DNA of 64,000 nucleotides from Macrostomum lignano (taxonomy: Eukaryota). Under the pieces are notes generated by a model. It ran no database searches and was not told the DNA's origin. It saw nothing but the letters and a program-made list of their open reading frames with translations. A program made the position numbers and the translations under genes. Location of the stretch: positions 1-64,000 of the forward strand of contig NIVC01002019.1 in NCBI GenBank assembly GCA_002269645.1, given 5' to 3'. Shown here piece by piece: positions 37,001 to 48,473 of this stretch (position 1 is the first letter of the stretch; each line of letters opens with the position of its first letter).

Positions 37001-40000
37001 TGTACACAGCCCTCAGACAGCCTCACCTGAAGCAGGTTAAAATCTCTTTGGTAGCCTGTTCGCGCAGCCGCTGGTGCTCCAGCAAGCCGGCCAGATAGGC
37101 ATCCATAGCCGGACCGCCACAGACTCGGCAGGACGGCAGGCCGGCCTCAGCGATGTCGGCCTCAAGCTGGACAAGCTGGCGCTGCCTGTCCCCGGCCATG
37201 GCCTGGCTGCTGTCCTCGGAGAAGCTGCGACGAAGAACTTCTTCAACGCGTAGCGCCCGACCGCGCAGCAGGTTGAGTATCATAGCGTAGGTGACGCGAA
37301 ATTTCGACTCGAGCTTAGTGGCCTTGCCCAGTGCCATGTGCTCCAGGGTGCCGGCGTCTGGCACTTCGGATTTGCACACCACAATAACTGTGCCAGTGGC
37401 GTCCAGGCCTCTGCGGCCCGCCCGGCCGGCCATCTGAGTGTACTCGCCAGGCAGCAGAGGGCGCCTCTGCCGGCCATCATGCTTCACCACAGTGTCGAAT
37501 AGGACCGTCTTGGCCGGCATGTTGACGCCCATTGCGAATGTCTCTGTGGCGAATAGCAGCTTTACCTAATTTGGAGATCGGGGTCAGCTGAGGTCACGGC
37601 CCACTCCTCAGGCATCTGGTGTGTGCCCGCCATTTCTGACTCTTCACCGGCTCACCAACATCTGATTCTCAATCAGCTACTTCCCACCCTCTGACTCTCC
37701 GCCACCCTCTGACTCTCCATGACTCTCCATCTGGCACTCCCCACCCTCTGACTCTCCATGTGCCACTCCCCATCCTCTGACTCTCCATTGGCACTGCCAC
37801 CCTCTGACTCTCCATCTGGCACTCCCCACCCTCTGACTCTCCATGTGGCACTGCCACCCTCTGACTCTCCATCTGGCACTCCCCCACCCTCTGACTCTCC
37901 ATGTGGCACTGCCACCCTCTGACTCTCCATGTGCCACTCCCCATCCTCTGACTCTCCATCTGGCACTCCCCCACCCTCTGACTCTCCATGTGCCACTCCC
38001 CATCCTCTGACTCTCCATCTGGCACTCCCCCACCCTCTGACTCTCCATGTGGCACTGCCACCCTCTGACTCTCCATGTGCCACTCCCCATCCTCTGACTC
38101 TCCATCTGGCACTCCCCCACCCTCTGACTCTCCATGTGGCACTGCCACCCTCTGACTCTCCATCTGGCACTCCCCCACCCTCTGACTCTCCATGTGGCAC
38201 TGCCACCCTCTGACTCTCCATCTGGCACTCCCCCACCCTCTGACTCTCCATGTGGCACTGCCACCCTCTGACTCTCCATGTGCCACTCCCCATCCTCTGA
38301 CTCTCCATCTGGCACTCCCCCACCCTCTGACTCTCCATGTGCCACTCCCCATCCTCTGACTCTCCATCTGGCACTCCCCCACCCTCTGACTCTCCATGTG
38401 GCACTGCCACCCTCTGACTCTCCATGTGCCACTCCCCATCCTCTGACTCTCCATCTGGCACTCCCCCACCCTCTGACTCTCCATGTGGCACTGCCATCCT
38501 CTGACTCTCCATCTGGCACTCCCCCACCCTCTGACTCTCCATGTGGCACTGCCACCCTCTGACTCTCCATGTGCCACTCCCCATCCTCTGACTCTCCATC
38601 TGGCACTCCCCCACCCTCTGACTCTCCATGTGCCACTCCCCATCCTCTGACTCTCCATTTGGCACTCCCCACCCTCTGACTCTCCATGTGGCACTCCCCA
38701 TCTCTGACTCTCCATCTGGCACTACCCCACCCTCTGACTCTCCATGTGGCACTGCCACCCTCTGACTCTCCATGTAGCACTGCCACCCTCTGACTCTCCA
38801 TGTAGCACTCCCCAACCTGACTCTTCATCTGCGAACAAGCTAGAACTGGCGCTCACCAGGCCCTTCTGAAAGAGCAGCTCCACAACCTCCTTGAGAATGG
38901 GCAGCACACCGCCGTGGTGCACCCCGAGGCCTTTAGCCAGCATGCGCTGAAAGAATTCAACCTGAGGCAGTTCCCGATCCTCAGGCCTTAATTTTGCCAC
39001 TGCCATACGAAAGAATTTGTACGTTCGATTCTTCTCCACTGCAGTATTGAGATCGAGCTTCTGCAGTGCCGTCAGACTCTGCACCATCGTGTCAATGCGC
39101 TGCCTGTATTGGTTAATTTATGAAAATAGCTTTGAATGAAGACTAGGGAGAAACAAAATGGATTCAATGTTTAGCAACTGAAGGTCTAGCAACCTTGAAT
39201 TCAAACCACATGGAAGTCAAGCCATCTGAAAGTCAAGTTACCTGGAAGTCAAGTTACCTGGAAGTCAAGTTACCTGGAATTCAAGTCGCCTAAAATCAAG
39301 TCACCTGGAAGTCAAGTCACCTGGAAGTCAAGTTACCTGGAAGTCAAGTTACCTGGAAGTCAAGTCACCTGGAAGTCAAGTTACCCGGAAGTCAAGTTAC
39401 CTGGAATTCAAGTCGCCTAAAATCAAGTCACCTGGAAGTCAAGTCACCTGGAAGTCAAGTTACCTGGAAGTCAAGTTACCTGGAAGTCAAGTTACCTGGA
39501 AGTCAAGTCACCTGGAAGTCAAGTTACCTGGAAGTCAAGTTACCTGGAAGTGAAGTTACCTGGAAGTGAAGTTACCTGGAAGTGAAGTTACCTGAAATCA
39601 AGTTAACTGGAATTCAAGTTACCTGGAAGTCAAGTTACCTGTAGGTCAAGTCACTTGGAAGTCAAGTCATCTGGAAGTCAAGTTACCTGGAAGTCAAGTC
39701 ACCTGGAAGTCAAGTCACCTGGAAGTCAAGTTACCTGGAAGTCAAGTCACCTGGAAGTCAAGTTACCTGGAATTCAAGTCGCCTAAAATCAAGTCACCTG
39801 GAAGTCAAGTCACCTGGAAGTCAAGTTACCTGGAAGTCAAGTTACCTGTAGGTCAAGTCACTTGGAAGTCAAGTCATCTGGAAGTCAAGTTACCTGGAAG
39901 TCAAGTCACCTGGAAGTCAAGTTACCTGGAAGTCAAGTCACCTGGAAGTCAAGTTACCTGGAAGTAGTGTTACCCGGAAGTTAAGTTACCTGGAAGTGAA

Positions 40001-43000
40001 GTTACCTGGAAGTGAAGTTACCTGAAATCAAGTTACCTGGAAGTCAAGTTACCTGTAGGTCAAGTCACTTGGAAGTCAAGTCATCTGGAAGTCAAGTTAC
40101 CTGGAAGTCAAATCGCCTGAAATCAAGTCACCTGGAAATCAAGCTATCTGGAAGTCAAGTCATCTGGAAGTCAATCTATCTGGAAGTCAAGTCATTTGGA
40201 AGTCAAGTCATCTGGAAATCAAGTCACCTGAAAGTCAAGTCACATGGTACTGAGTCACCTGGACGTTAACTCTCCTGAAGTCAAGCCATCTGGAGGTCAA
40301 GCTACCCTGTAACTGTTTCAGGTTCGCAATCGCAACTCTGATATCCTGAAGGTTATTGAAAAGCTCACAGATGCCATAAACTTGCCTAGAAAACATAAAA
40401 ACAACAGCGGGCATGCCCTGCCGCTCTTTTAACATGCTAATAACAGATAGCCACACGTTGCGCTCTGTTTTCGGATCCAAATGACCGCTAGGCCAGGCGC
40501 CCCATTTGGCGCCACCTCCGCCGGCGCCTCCGCTTGATTCGCGCTGTTTCTTAGCTAGCACAGCCGCCTCGTAGCCGCCAGTTCGTTGAAATTTACTTCT
40601 GGAATCAATGAATAGAAATAGCTCCTTGCTAGTGGCCGAGCTGTTGCCCGTGTACAGGTAGTGCTCAAGGGGAACCGGCCGCTTGCTTGTGCTAATCACG
40701 TAGATGTTGCGGCGCTTGATGGAGCCAACCCAGTTAGCAAACTGCTCTGTGTTGGGCACCGTAGCGCTGAGCAAAATGATGGCCACGTGCTTAGGCAGCA
40801 GGATGAGCACCTCCTCCCACACTACGCCTCGTTCAGCGTCGTTTACGTAATGCACCTCGTCAAATATGACCCATTCTAATTCGCGAAGGATGTCGCTGCC
40901 GCCGTACAGCATTGAGCGCAGAATCTCCGTGGTCATGATGAGGCAGGACGCGTTCTGATTCACCTGTTGTTTAAGTAAAGTTTAAAATGGATTGCTAATC
41001 TAGCGTACACAGATGAAGAAATAGAATGGATTGCTAATCTAGCGTACAGGGATGAAGGAATAGAATGGATTGCTAATATAGCCTACACAGATGAAGGAAT
41101 AGAATGAATTGCTAATCTAGCCTACACAGATGAAGGAATAGAATGGATTGCTAATCTAGCCTACACAGATGAAGGAATAGAATGGATTGCTAATCTAGCC
41201 TACACAGATGAAGGAATAGAATGGATTGCTAATCTAGCGTACAGGGATGAAGGAATAGAATGAATTGCTAATATAGCCTACACAGATGAAGGAATAGAAT
41301 GGATTGCTAATCTAGCCTACACAGATGAAGGAATAGAATGGATTGCTAATCTAGCCTACACAGATGAAGGAATAGAATGGATTGCTAATCTAGCGTACAG
41401 GGATGAAGGAATAGAATGAATTGCTAATATAGCCTACACAGATGAAGGAATAGAATGGATTGCTAATCTAGCCTACACAGATGAAGGAATAGAATGGATT
41501 GCTAATCTAGCCTACACAGATGAAGGAACAGAATGGTTTGCTAATCTAGCATACAGGGATGAAGGAATAGAATGGATTGCTAATCTAGCGTACAGGGATG
41601 AAGGAATAGAATGGATTGCTAATATAGCCTACACAGATGAAGGAATAGAATGAATTGCTAATATAGCCTACACAGATGAAGGAATAGAATGGATTGCTAA
41701 TCTAGCGTACAGGGATGAAGGAATAGAATGGATTGCTAATATAGCCTACACAGATGAAGGAATAGAATGAATTGCTAATATAGCCTACACAGATGAAGGA
41801 ATAGAATGGATTGCTAATCTAGCCTACACAGATGAAGGAATAGAATGGTTTGCTAATCTAGCGTACAGGGATGAAGGAATAGAATGGATTGCTAATCTAG
41901 CGTACAGGGATGAAGGAATAGAATGGTTTGCTAATCTAGCCTACACAGATGAAGGAATAGAATAAATTGCTAATCTAGCCAGAAAACAGAATGGTTAGCT
42001 ACATAAAACTAAATCATGCCATAAGAAGCAAAAGGTTAAACTTTTTCGGCCAACCTGCACATCGCCGGTAATCAGGCCAACATTCTCAGTTGTGAAACAC
42101 TTCCGAAAGTCGTGAAACTTCTGATTGGACAGCGCCTTAATAGGCGATGTGTAAATAACTCGGGTCTGGCGGCGCAGCGATTGCGCTATGGCGTACTCAG
42201 CCACCACTGTTTTGCCCGCCGAGGTGTGCGCGGCCACGAATATATCGTGGTGCTGCTCCAGGTGGCAAACCGCGTGCTGCTGAAACGGATCCAATGTGAA
42301 ACTCCAGGTGTGCGCGGGATCCGGCACAAGAGCGGACATGTTGGCCACCGGCTGGCTCGAGTCGATGGCCACAGCCCATTCGAACTGGAGAATAAGGGGT
42401 GGAGCAAAGATAACAAGATTAGCAACCCATTCTCAAATTTCAAAAATGTCACTCGCTAGATTAGCAACCCATTCTCAACCATCAACAATGTCACTCGCTA
42501 GATTAGCAATCCATTCTTAAATGTCAAAAATGTCACTCGCTAGATTAGCAATCCATTCTTAAATGTCAAAAATGTCACTCGCTAGATTAGCAACCCATTC
42601 TCAAATGTCAAAAATGTCACTCGCTAGATTAGCAACCCATTCTCAACCATCAACAATGTCACTCGCTAGATTAGCAATCCATTCTTAAATGTCAAAAATG
42701 TCACTCGCTAGATTAGCAACCCATTCTCAAATGTCAAAAATGTCACTCGCTAGATTAGCAACCCATTCTCAACCATCAACAATGTCACTCGCTAGATTAG
42801 CAATCCATTCTTAAATGTCAAAAATGTCACTCGCTAGATTAGCAACCCATTCTCAACCATCAACAATGTCACTCGCTAGATTAGCAACCCATTCTCAACC
42901 ATCAACAATGTCACTCGCTAGATTAGCAACCCATTCTCAACCATCAACAATGTCACTCGCTAGATTAGCAACCCATTCTCAACCATCAACAATGTCACTC

Positions 43001-45102
43001 GCTAGATTAGCAACCCATTCTCAACCATCAACAATGTCACTCGCTAGATTAGCAACCCATTCTCACCCCTCAACAATGTCACTCGCTAGATTAGCAAACC
43101 ATTGTCAACACTTAACACGTACTCTGATAGCTCGTACTTGTATAAATCAGTAAATATCAAAAATCTATTAAACCAAAATCAAGCAGGCTGGATCACCTTC
43201 GGCTGGTGCGCAGAGTCGGCCATCTGCCGCAGCTGGCTGAGCCGACTGCTACCTCCGGCGCCGCTTGCCGACGCCATTGGCAGCCTGCCATCCGGGGTGG
43301 AAGTGGATACATGGAGCATAGAGGCGGCCCTTTGATCAGCGGCTGACGTATGTCGGCTCCGCACGCTCGGCACCGAGTCGGGCAGTTCTGCCAGCGCTTC
43401 GGCGACTGCTACGGCGCCGCTGCTGACTTGGCGCTCGAATCCGCTGCTGATAAATTTCAATTATGCGGCAAATATAGGAAACTTAAGAATTTGGGTGTGA
43501 AACTGGCTGGAGATCTGGGAGGGTGGATCTTTAATAGGATGATCTGAGGATTTGGGAAGGCGGCGATCCAATCTGAGGATTTGAGAAGGCATTCAATCTG
43601 AGGATTTGGGAAGGCATTCAATCTGAGGATTTGAGAAGGCATTCAATCTGAGGATTTGGGAAGGCATTCAATCTGAGGATTTGGGAAGGCATTCAATCTG
43701 AGGATTTGGGAAGGCATTCAATCTGAGAATTTGGGAAGGCATTCAATCTGAGGATTTGGGAAGGCATTCAATCTGAGGATTTGGGAAGGCATTTAATCTG
43801 AGGATTTGGGAAGGCGGCGATTCAATCTGAGGATTTGGGAAGGCGGCGATTCAATCTGAGGATTTGGGAAGGCGGCGATTCAATCTGAGGATTTGGGAAG
43901 GCATTCAATCTGAGGATTTGGGAAGGCATTTAATCTGAGGATTTGGGAAGGCGGCGATTCAATCTGAGGATTTGGGAAGGCGGTGATTCAATCTGAAAAT
44001 TTGGGAAGGCGGTGATTCAATCTGAGGATTTGGGAAGGCATTCAATCTGAGGATTTGAGAGGGCATTCAATCTGAGGATTTGGGAAGGCGGTGATTCAAT
44101 CTGAGGATTTGAGAGGGCATTCAATCTGAGGATTTGGGAAGGCGGTGATTCAATCTGAGGATTTGGGAAGGCATTCAATCTGAGGATTTGGGAAGGCGGT
44201 GATTCAATCTGAGGATTTGGGAAGGCATTTAATCTGTGGATTTGGGAAGGCGGTGATTCAATCTGAGGATTTGGGAAGGCGGCGATTCAATCTGAGGATT
44301 TGGGAAGGCATTCAATCTGTGGATTTGGGAAGGCATTCAATCTGAGGATTTGGGAAGGCATTCAATCTGTGGATTTGGGAAGGCAGCGATTCAATCTGAG
44401 GATTTGGGAAGGCATTCAATCTGAGGATTTGAGAGGGCATTCAATCTGAGGATTTGGGAAGGCGGTGATTCAATCTCACGACAATCTGAGGATTTGAGAA
44501 GGCGGCGATTCAATCTGGGATCTGGAAAGGTAAAAGATTACTGTTAAGGAATTGGTTGTTAGAAGATAAAGAGAAAATGCGAACCCAGGAAGGCTGTCCT
44601 CGCCCTGAAGCGACAAATCCAGAGACAAGTCCAGCCCTGGCGGCTGGATCAGGAATTGCGAGCTATCAGTCGGTAGCACCGACCAGGAGTCGTCAGACGC
44701 TGTCCCGGCCGTCGCAGCGGGTTCGGGCGCGGCTTCATCCGGTCGGAACGGCACGGAGCCGACCGACGGCTCGGAGACGCCGGCTCCGGCGCCGCCGCCA
44801 GGCCGATTGTACATTCGCTGCATCGACTGCGGATGCGGCGACTGAGCTTCGCGTTCCTCTAGTCCGGCCAGGCGGCCGCTGCGAAGGTCCCGACGGACGA
44901 ACAGCTCAGAGCCGCCTTCGCCCGGGGCCGGCTGACAGAGCAGCAGGGTGGAACTGGCCGACTCGCGCCATTCGAAGGCCAGATGAGGCGCCGGACTGTC
45001 GCATTCGTACAGGCCGGGCAGGTGGCGAAACGGCGAGTCCAGCAGACGGACTGAGTCGGCGTACTGGCGCAATTTGACCGCCTCGGCGGCGGGAGAGGAC
45101 AT
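31065..45102 (-). CDS. SKIV2L: SKI2/SKIV2L DExH RNA helicase, ~1282 aa. Exons (minus): 45102-44585, 43446(or 43443)-43197, 42384-42055, 40963-40386, 39103-38857, 37565-37027, 36660-36162, 32898-32704, 31872-31421, 31305-31065.
   Basis: Motifs [70 protein letters not shown] and C-terminal [12 protein letters not shown]. The Ski2-type N-terminus distinguishes it from MTR4. All phases are consistent and the exons total 3849 nt. Confidence 0.95.
31963..32660. repeat. Tandem array, 25-bp unit TTGGAGACCGTATAGCATGTGTACA, ~28 copies (SKI2 intron 8)
   Basis: Direct reading. Confidence 0.97.
33261..35664 (+). mobile_element. piggyBac DNA transposon in SKI2 intron 7, opposite strand to the host gene
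   Basis: TTAA at 33257-33260 and 35665-35668. Degenerate termini (CC......CACTGA at both ends). Subterminal inverted repeat GACGGATGGCATGCCACGCGTAC (left) versus GTACGCACAACATGCCATCCGTG (right). Internal transposase. Confidence 0.85.
33585..35350 (+). pseudogene. piggyBac (PGBD4-like) transposase with ~3 frameshifts (near 33950, 34100 and 35200)
   Basis: Acidic N-terminus, catalytic motifs SVDEEL / CDSWFTS / [20 protein letters not shown], and a frameshifted Cys-rich tail ([34 protein letters not shown]). Confidence 0.88.
35762..35830 (+). mobile_element. Head of a second, degenerate tRNA-derived SINE (3' extent unclear, perhaps to ~36095)
   Basis: GGGGCCGTAGCCTA... followed by a B-box-like GGCTCGATTCC at tRNA spacing, similar to the head at 25762. 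Confidence 0.45.
37680..38820. repeat. Tandem array of alternating ~27-30-bp variants with a CCCTCTGACTCTCCAT core (SKI2 intron 5)
   Basis: Direct reading. Confidence 0.96.
39210..40310. repeat. Tandem array, 16-bp unit GGAAGTCAAGTYACCT, ~65 copies (SKI2 intron 4)
   Basis: Direct reading. Confidence 0.96.
40988..41980. repeat. Tandem array, 39-bp unit GAATGGATTGCTAATCTAGCCTACACAGATGAAGGAATA (SKI2 intron 3)
   Basis: Direct reading, ~25 copies. Confidence 0.97.
42415..43100. repeat. Tandem array, 42-bp unit TTAGCAACCCATTCTCAACCATCAACAATGTCACTCGCTAGA (SKI2 intron 2)
   Basis: Direct reading, ~16 copies. Confidence 0.97.
43540..44520. repeat. Tandem array, 25/30-bp unit AATCTGAGGATTTGGGAAGGC(GGCG)ATTC (SKI2 intron 1)
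   Basis: Direct reading. Confidence 0.96.
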
Positions 45103-45549
45103 GCTGACTGCTGACTATATGTATAGCTATTGGACAGATAGCAAACCAATGAGATTTAGTTGACTCTGGAATGCCAGCCAATATATTGGAGCTCAAACTG
45201 GATATCTATTGATATATAACACACTGGAACAAACCTGCACAGAGATAAGTTCAAAGCCGCAACACAAAAATATTTTAACTGTATGCTTTAAACATAGGAT
45301 TAGGAACTTATTAAACAGAGCGCAATAGGATAAATGTATTTGAAAAATTGCAATTGTTCAAAGCAATGCTGGACAAATTCAAATGCCGGTATTGTAGTAG
45401 TCAAGTATAAAATAAAATGCATATTACAATAGAAGAACATAAAAACAAACTAGATTTTTTTACATTCAAACTCATCCTAGATGTGCTTTTGGGGTCATTT
45501 TCAAGCTTAGTCAAGAGCAGAATCTGTTTGTACTTTCTCAACAAAGTTC

Positions 45550-46167
45550 TCAACGTTCGCCCAGCAGATCGGCCCAGTCACCGCGCGGTCGCATCAGGCG
45601 CCAGAGTGCCTCCCTAGCGGCGCTGCCGTCTCTGTCTCCGTTAGCGTCCAAGCAGAACGGCACGTCGCCAGCGCTGCCGGTCCGTCCGAGAAGGCGGCCG
45701 CGCCACTTGCCACCGGTCTCGTCGCCAGATTCCGCATTGTTATCGTCGAATCGCACGCCAGTTGCTGCCTCGAACAGGAGCACCTTCTGCTGCAGCTTGT
45801 CGACTCGGTGGCGCCGCTCAGCCCGGCGCCGGTCCAGCTCAGCCTGGGCCGCTTCAATCGCGGCGCGCGCCTCCAGCTCTTTGGCCTCCAGTTTTTCTGC
45901 CGCCAAGCGCAGATCCCGAGATGTCGCCTCAGCCGCCCAGCGCTTGTCAGTCTCGGCGGCGCGCTGCTCCTCCAGCGATTGGCCAGTGGAAGCCAGCAGC
46001 TCGGCCACTTTGCAGCAGACGGCCAGCTCCTCGTCCAGGCGCTTGCGCTGACGCTCGTGAACCTTGTCGCTGAGCAGCGCGGGCGGCGCCGCAGGCTGCT
46101 GCTGGAGAGACGACTCTAGAGAAGCTACAAATGCCTCGACATCTTTTACAAGTTGCAGCTCCGACAT
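45550..46167 (-). CDS. SPC24: Probable kinetochore protein Spc24 (NDC80 complex), intronless, ~205 aa
   Basis: Long heptad-like coiled coil followed by a short globular end (LFEAATGVRFD...DVPFCLD...ALWRLM..DW) that parallels the Spc24 C-terminus (LY...I.WD...PI.LD...YLWSLV.TEW). Recognised by eye, not by search. Confidence 0.55.
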   Translation of the reverse strand: MSELQLVKDVEAFVASLESSLQQQPAAPPALLSDKVHERQRKRLDEELAVCCKVAELLASTGQSLEEQRAAETDKRWAAEATSRDLRLAAEKLEAKELEARAAIEAAQAELDRRRAERRHRVDKLQQKVLLFEAATGVRFDDNNAESGDETGGKWRGRLLGRTGSAGDVPFCLDANGDRDGSAAREALWRLMRPRGDWADLLGER

Positions 46168-46904
46168 CAGCAACAATTGATGGCGTGAAGATTATTAGCT
46201 TGAAAAGCAAATTCTTGCAGCTAAAATGCATATCAGCACCTTTACCTCCTATTGGAATAAGTGTAGAAATTTAGTGGATGCCATTGTGTACAAATGTAGA
46301 GAATTAATACATGCATGCTACTAGCATATCTGGCTAGGTGAATATAAATTTTGCATCTATATTTATATATGTCATTTTAACATCTTGCTAACTCTCAATT
46401 CAAAATCAATATTGTCATTATGATTAGTATTATTATATTATTATTATATATTGAATTTTGGATTTTGCAAGTCTCATTTGCCTTGATCTTAGGGTCAGGA
46501 TAGGGTCATTCAGTCATTCTAAATGAAACCGGCAGATAAACAAATATTTAAAATTAGGCTAACCCTTTTGATGACAAAAACGTTTTAACAAAGTACTCGA
46601 AAACTATTCAGTATTCAGTAGTTTATTTGGAAGATTTTGCAGTTTTTGCAAAGGACAGTTTTTGCAAGCAACTTTTTTAGAATAAAAAATGAACACATAA
46701 TTAGATATATATTGACATATTATATAGTCATATGGGTATGACAATATGTAACAAACACTTAAAACAAAACATACAAGAGTAGATCTTTAATTAAAATTAA
46801 AAATATAAAACTATATATAGCATGCTAATAAACTATATATAAATACCAGATGCAAAAAGACCTCTGGGTCCTTAAACATAATCATTTTTAAAGGTTTTCT
46901 ATTC

Positions 46905-47220
46905 CAATAAGCTTCCATGGAGATAATCTGAAAATTATTGATGTGGATCTATATGAATAAAATTGAAATTATAGACATAGCCTACAGACTTGAATAGGCC
47001 TAGTAGTAGCTATTTCAATAAATTGCCATTGGGATAAGCTAAAAATTGTGAACATAGATCTATATGAATAAAAAACTAGAATTATTGACATGGCCTATAG
47101 ACTTGAATGGTGTAGCTATTTCAATAAGCTGCTATGGGGATAAGCTAGAAATTATTAACATGGATACATGTGAATAAAATTAGAATTATTAATTGACATG
47201 GGACAATGGGGATAAGCATT
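46905..47220. repeat. Old degenerate tandem duplication, ~105-bp unit, ~3 copies
   Basis: Recurring GCTATTTCAATAA...GGGATAAGCTA...ATGAATAAAA blocks. Confidence 0.6.
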
Positions 47221-48073
47221 TCCTTAAAAACATATAAAAATATTTAATCTTCTTTCTTTTTACTTATTTAGCAATAATTCAATAGTAGAAATAAACCTTA
47301 AAGATTTCAAAATCTCTTGTGTGCATTATATTAGGCCTATTATTAGTCATATTTAGCCATAACTAAATGACTAATAACCAAAGCAAAAGATTTACTAAAA
47401 AAATTATAAAATACTTATAGAACTCTAAATAAAGCTATAGGCCTAGTCTTAGTAGGAGTAAAAACCTTCCTAATGATGTTTATGTCTTTTAAATATTCCA
47501 TTCATAGGCCTAACAAATTGTTTTAAATGTCCTATTGGAATGAATTTGAAAAAATCTATAGGCCCTAGACATGCAACATAGGCCACAAAATGGCCTAAAA
47601 GTCTAATATAGGCCTAGGCCCTACCCTACAAATTATAATATAAAAACATTAAAACACAACACAATATAAAAAGTGCAACATGAACACAAATGATAATATA
47701 ATGGTACCAACTAGGCCTAAACTGTGGAAACAGATGCATATATGGAACAGATTTTTGCATACTAAAATGCAGATGCGGATGTGGATTACTACGCCTATTT
47801 TATGGAATCAATGCAGATATAAATAGCAGATGCAGTTCTGTCTTGTCAAATTCAAAACACTGATTTATAGTCCTTGATTTTAACACGCTTATGCGGCCAT
47901 TATTTTATATTTAGAAATTTTCACAAGATTTTAAGAAAGCCGTTACTAGGCCTACATGTAATTTGCTTTAACTTGTCTTTAGCTATGAAAAGATGTGTTG
48001 CGTTGCCGAATTTGCTTTTGCCGAATTTGTTGGTGTTAAATTTCTGTTGGCGAATTTGTGTGCATCCAGCCTA

Positions 48074-48473
48074 TAATGGGCGATCCAAAAAATGGACAAA
48101 CTTTGTAGTGAAACTATGCCAAGGCAATACAGTGAATCTTTACAGGCTCGCAGCAAGTGAATACTGACACCTGTAAGATTTTTTCTGCCAACTTTGGAAT
48201 GGATATCTTTATCCAGTTTCCTAAAATAGCCATTCTAAATTTAGCCAACAGTCACTTTAACTTGAAGCCATAGACAGTAGATGTGTAATTGTAGAAACAA
48301 CCAAAGACACTTTCAACTTAAAGCCAAAGACTATTTGGAATATTCATTCCAAAGTTGGCAGAAAAAATCTTACAGGTGTCAGGATTCACCTGCTGCGAGC
48401 CTGTAAAGATTCACTGTATTGCCTTGGCACAGTTTCACTACAAAGTTTGTCCATTTTTTTGGATCACCCGTTA
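48074..48473. mobile_element. 400-bp foldback MITE, Tc1/mariner-like
   Basis: ~133-bp near-perfect inverted arms (48074-48206 and 48340-48473) flanked by TA on both sides. Confidence 0.85.

Noticed and set aside
10592-40310. Third shared core TCACCTGG among the arrays at 10592, 29782 and 39210
   Set aside because: Only 7-8 bp are shared and orientation is inconsistent, so chance is plausible.
40988-43100. CRISPR-like repeat-spacer appearance of the core-sharing arrays
   Set aside because: Spacers within each array are near-identical rather than unique, there are no cas genes, and the context is eukaryotic intron.
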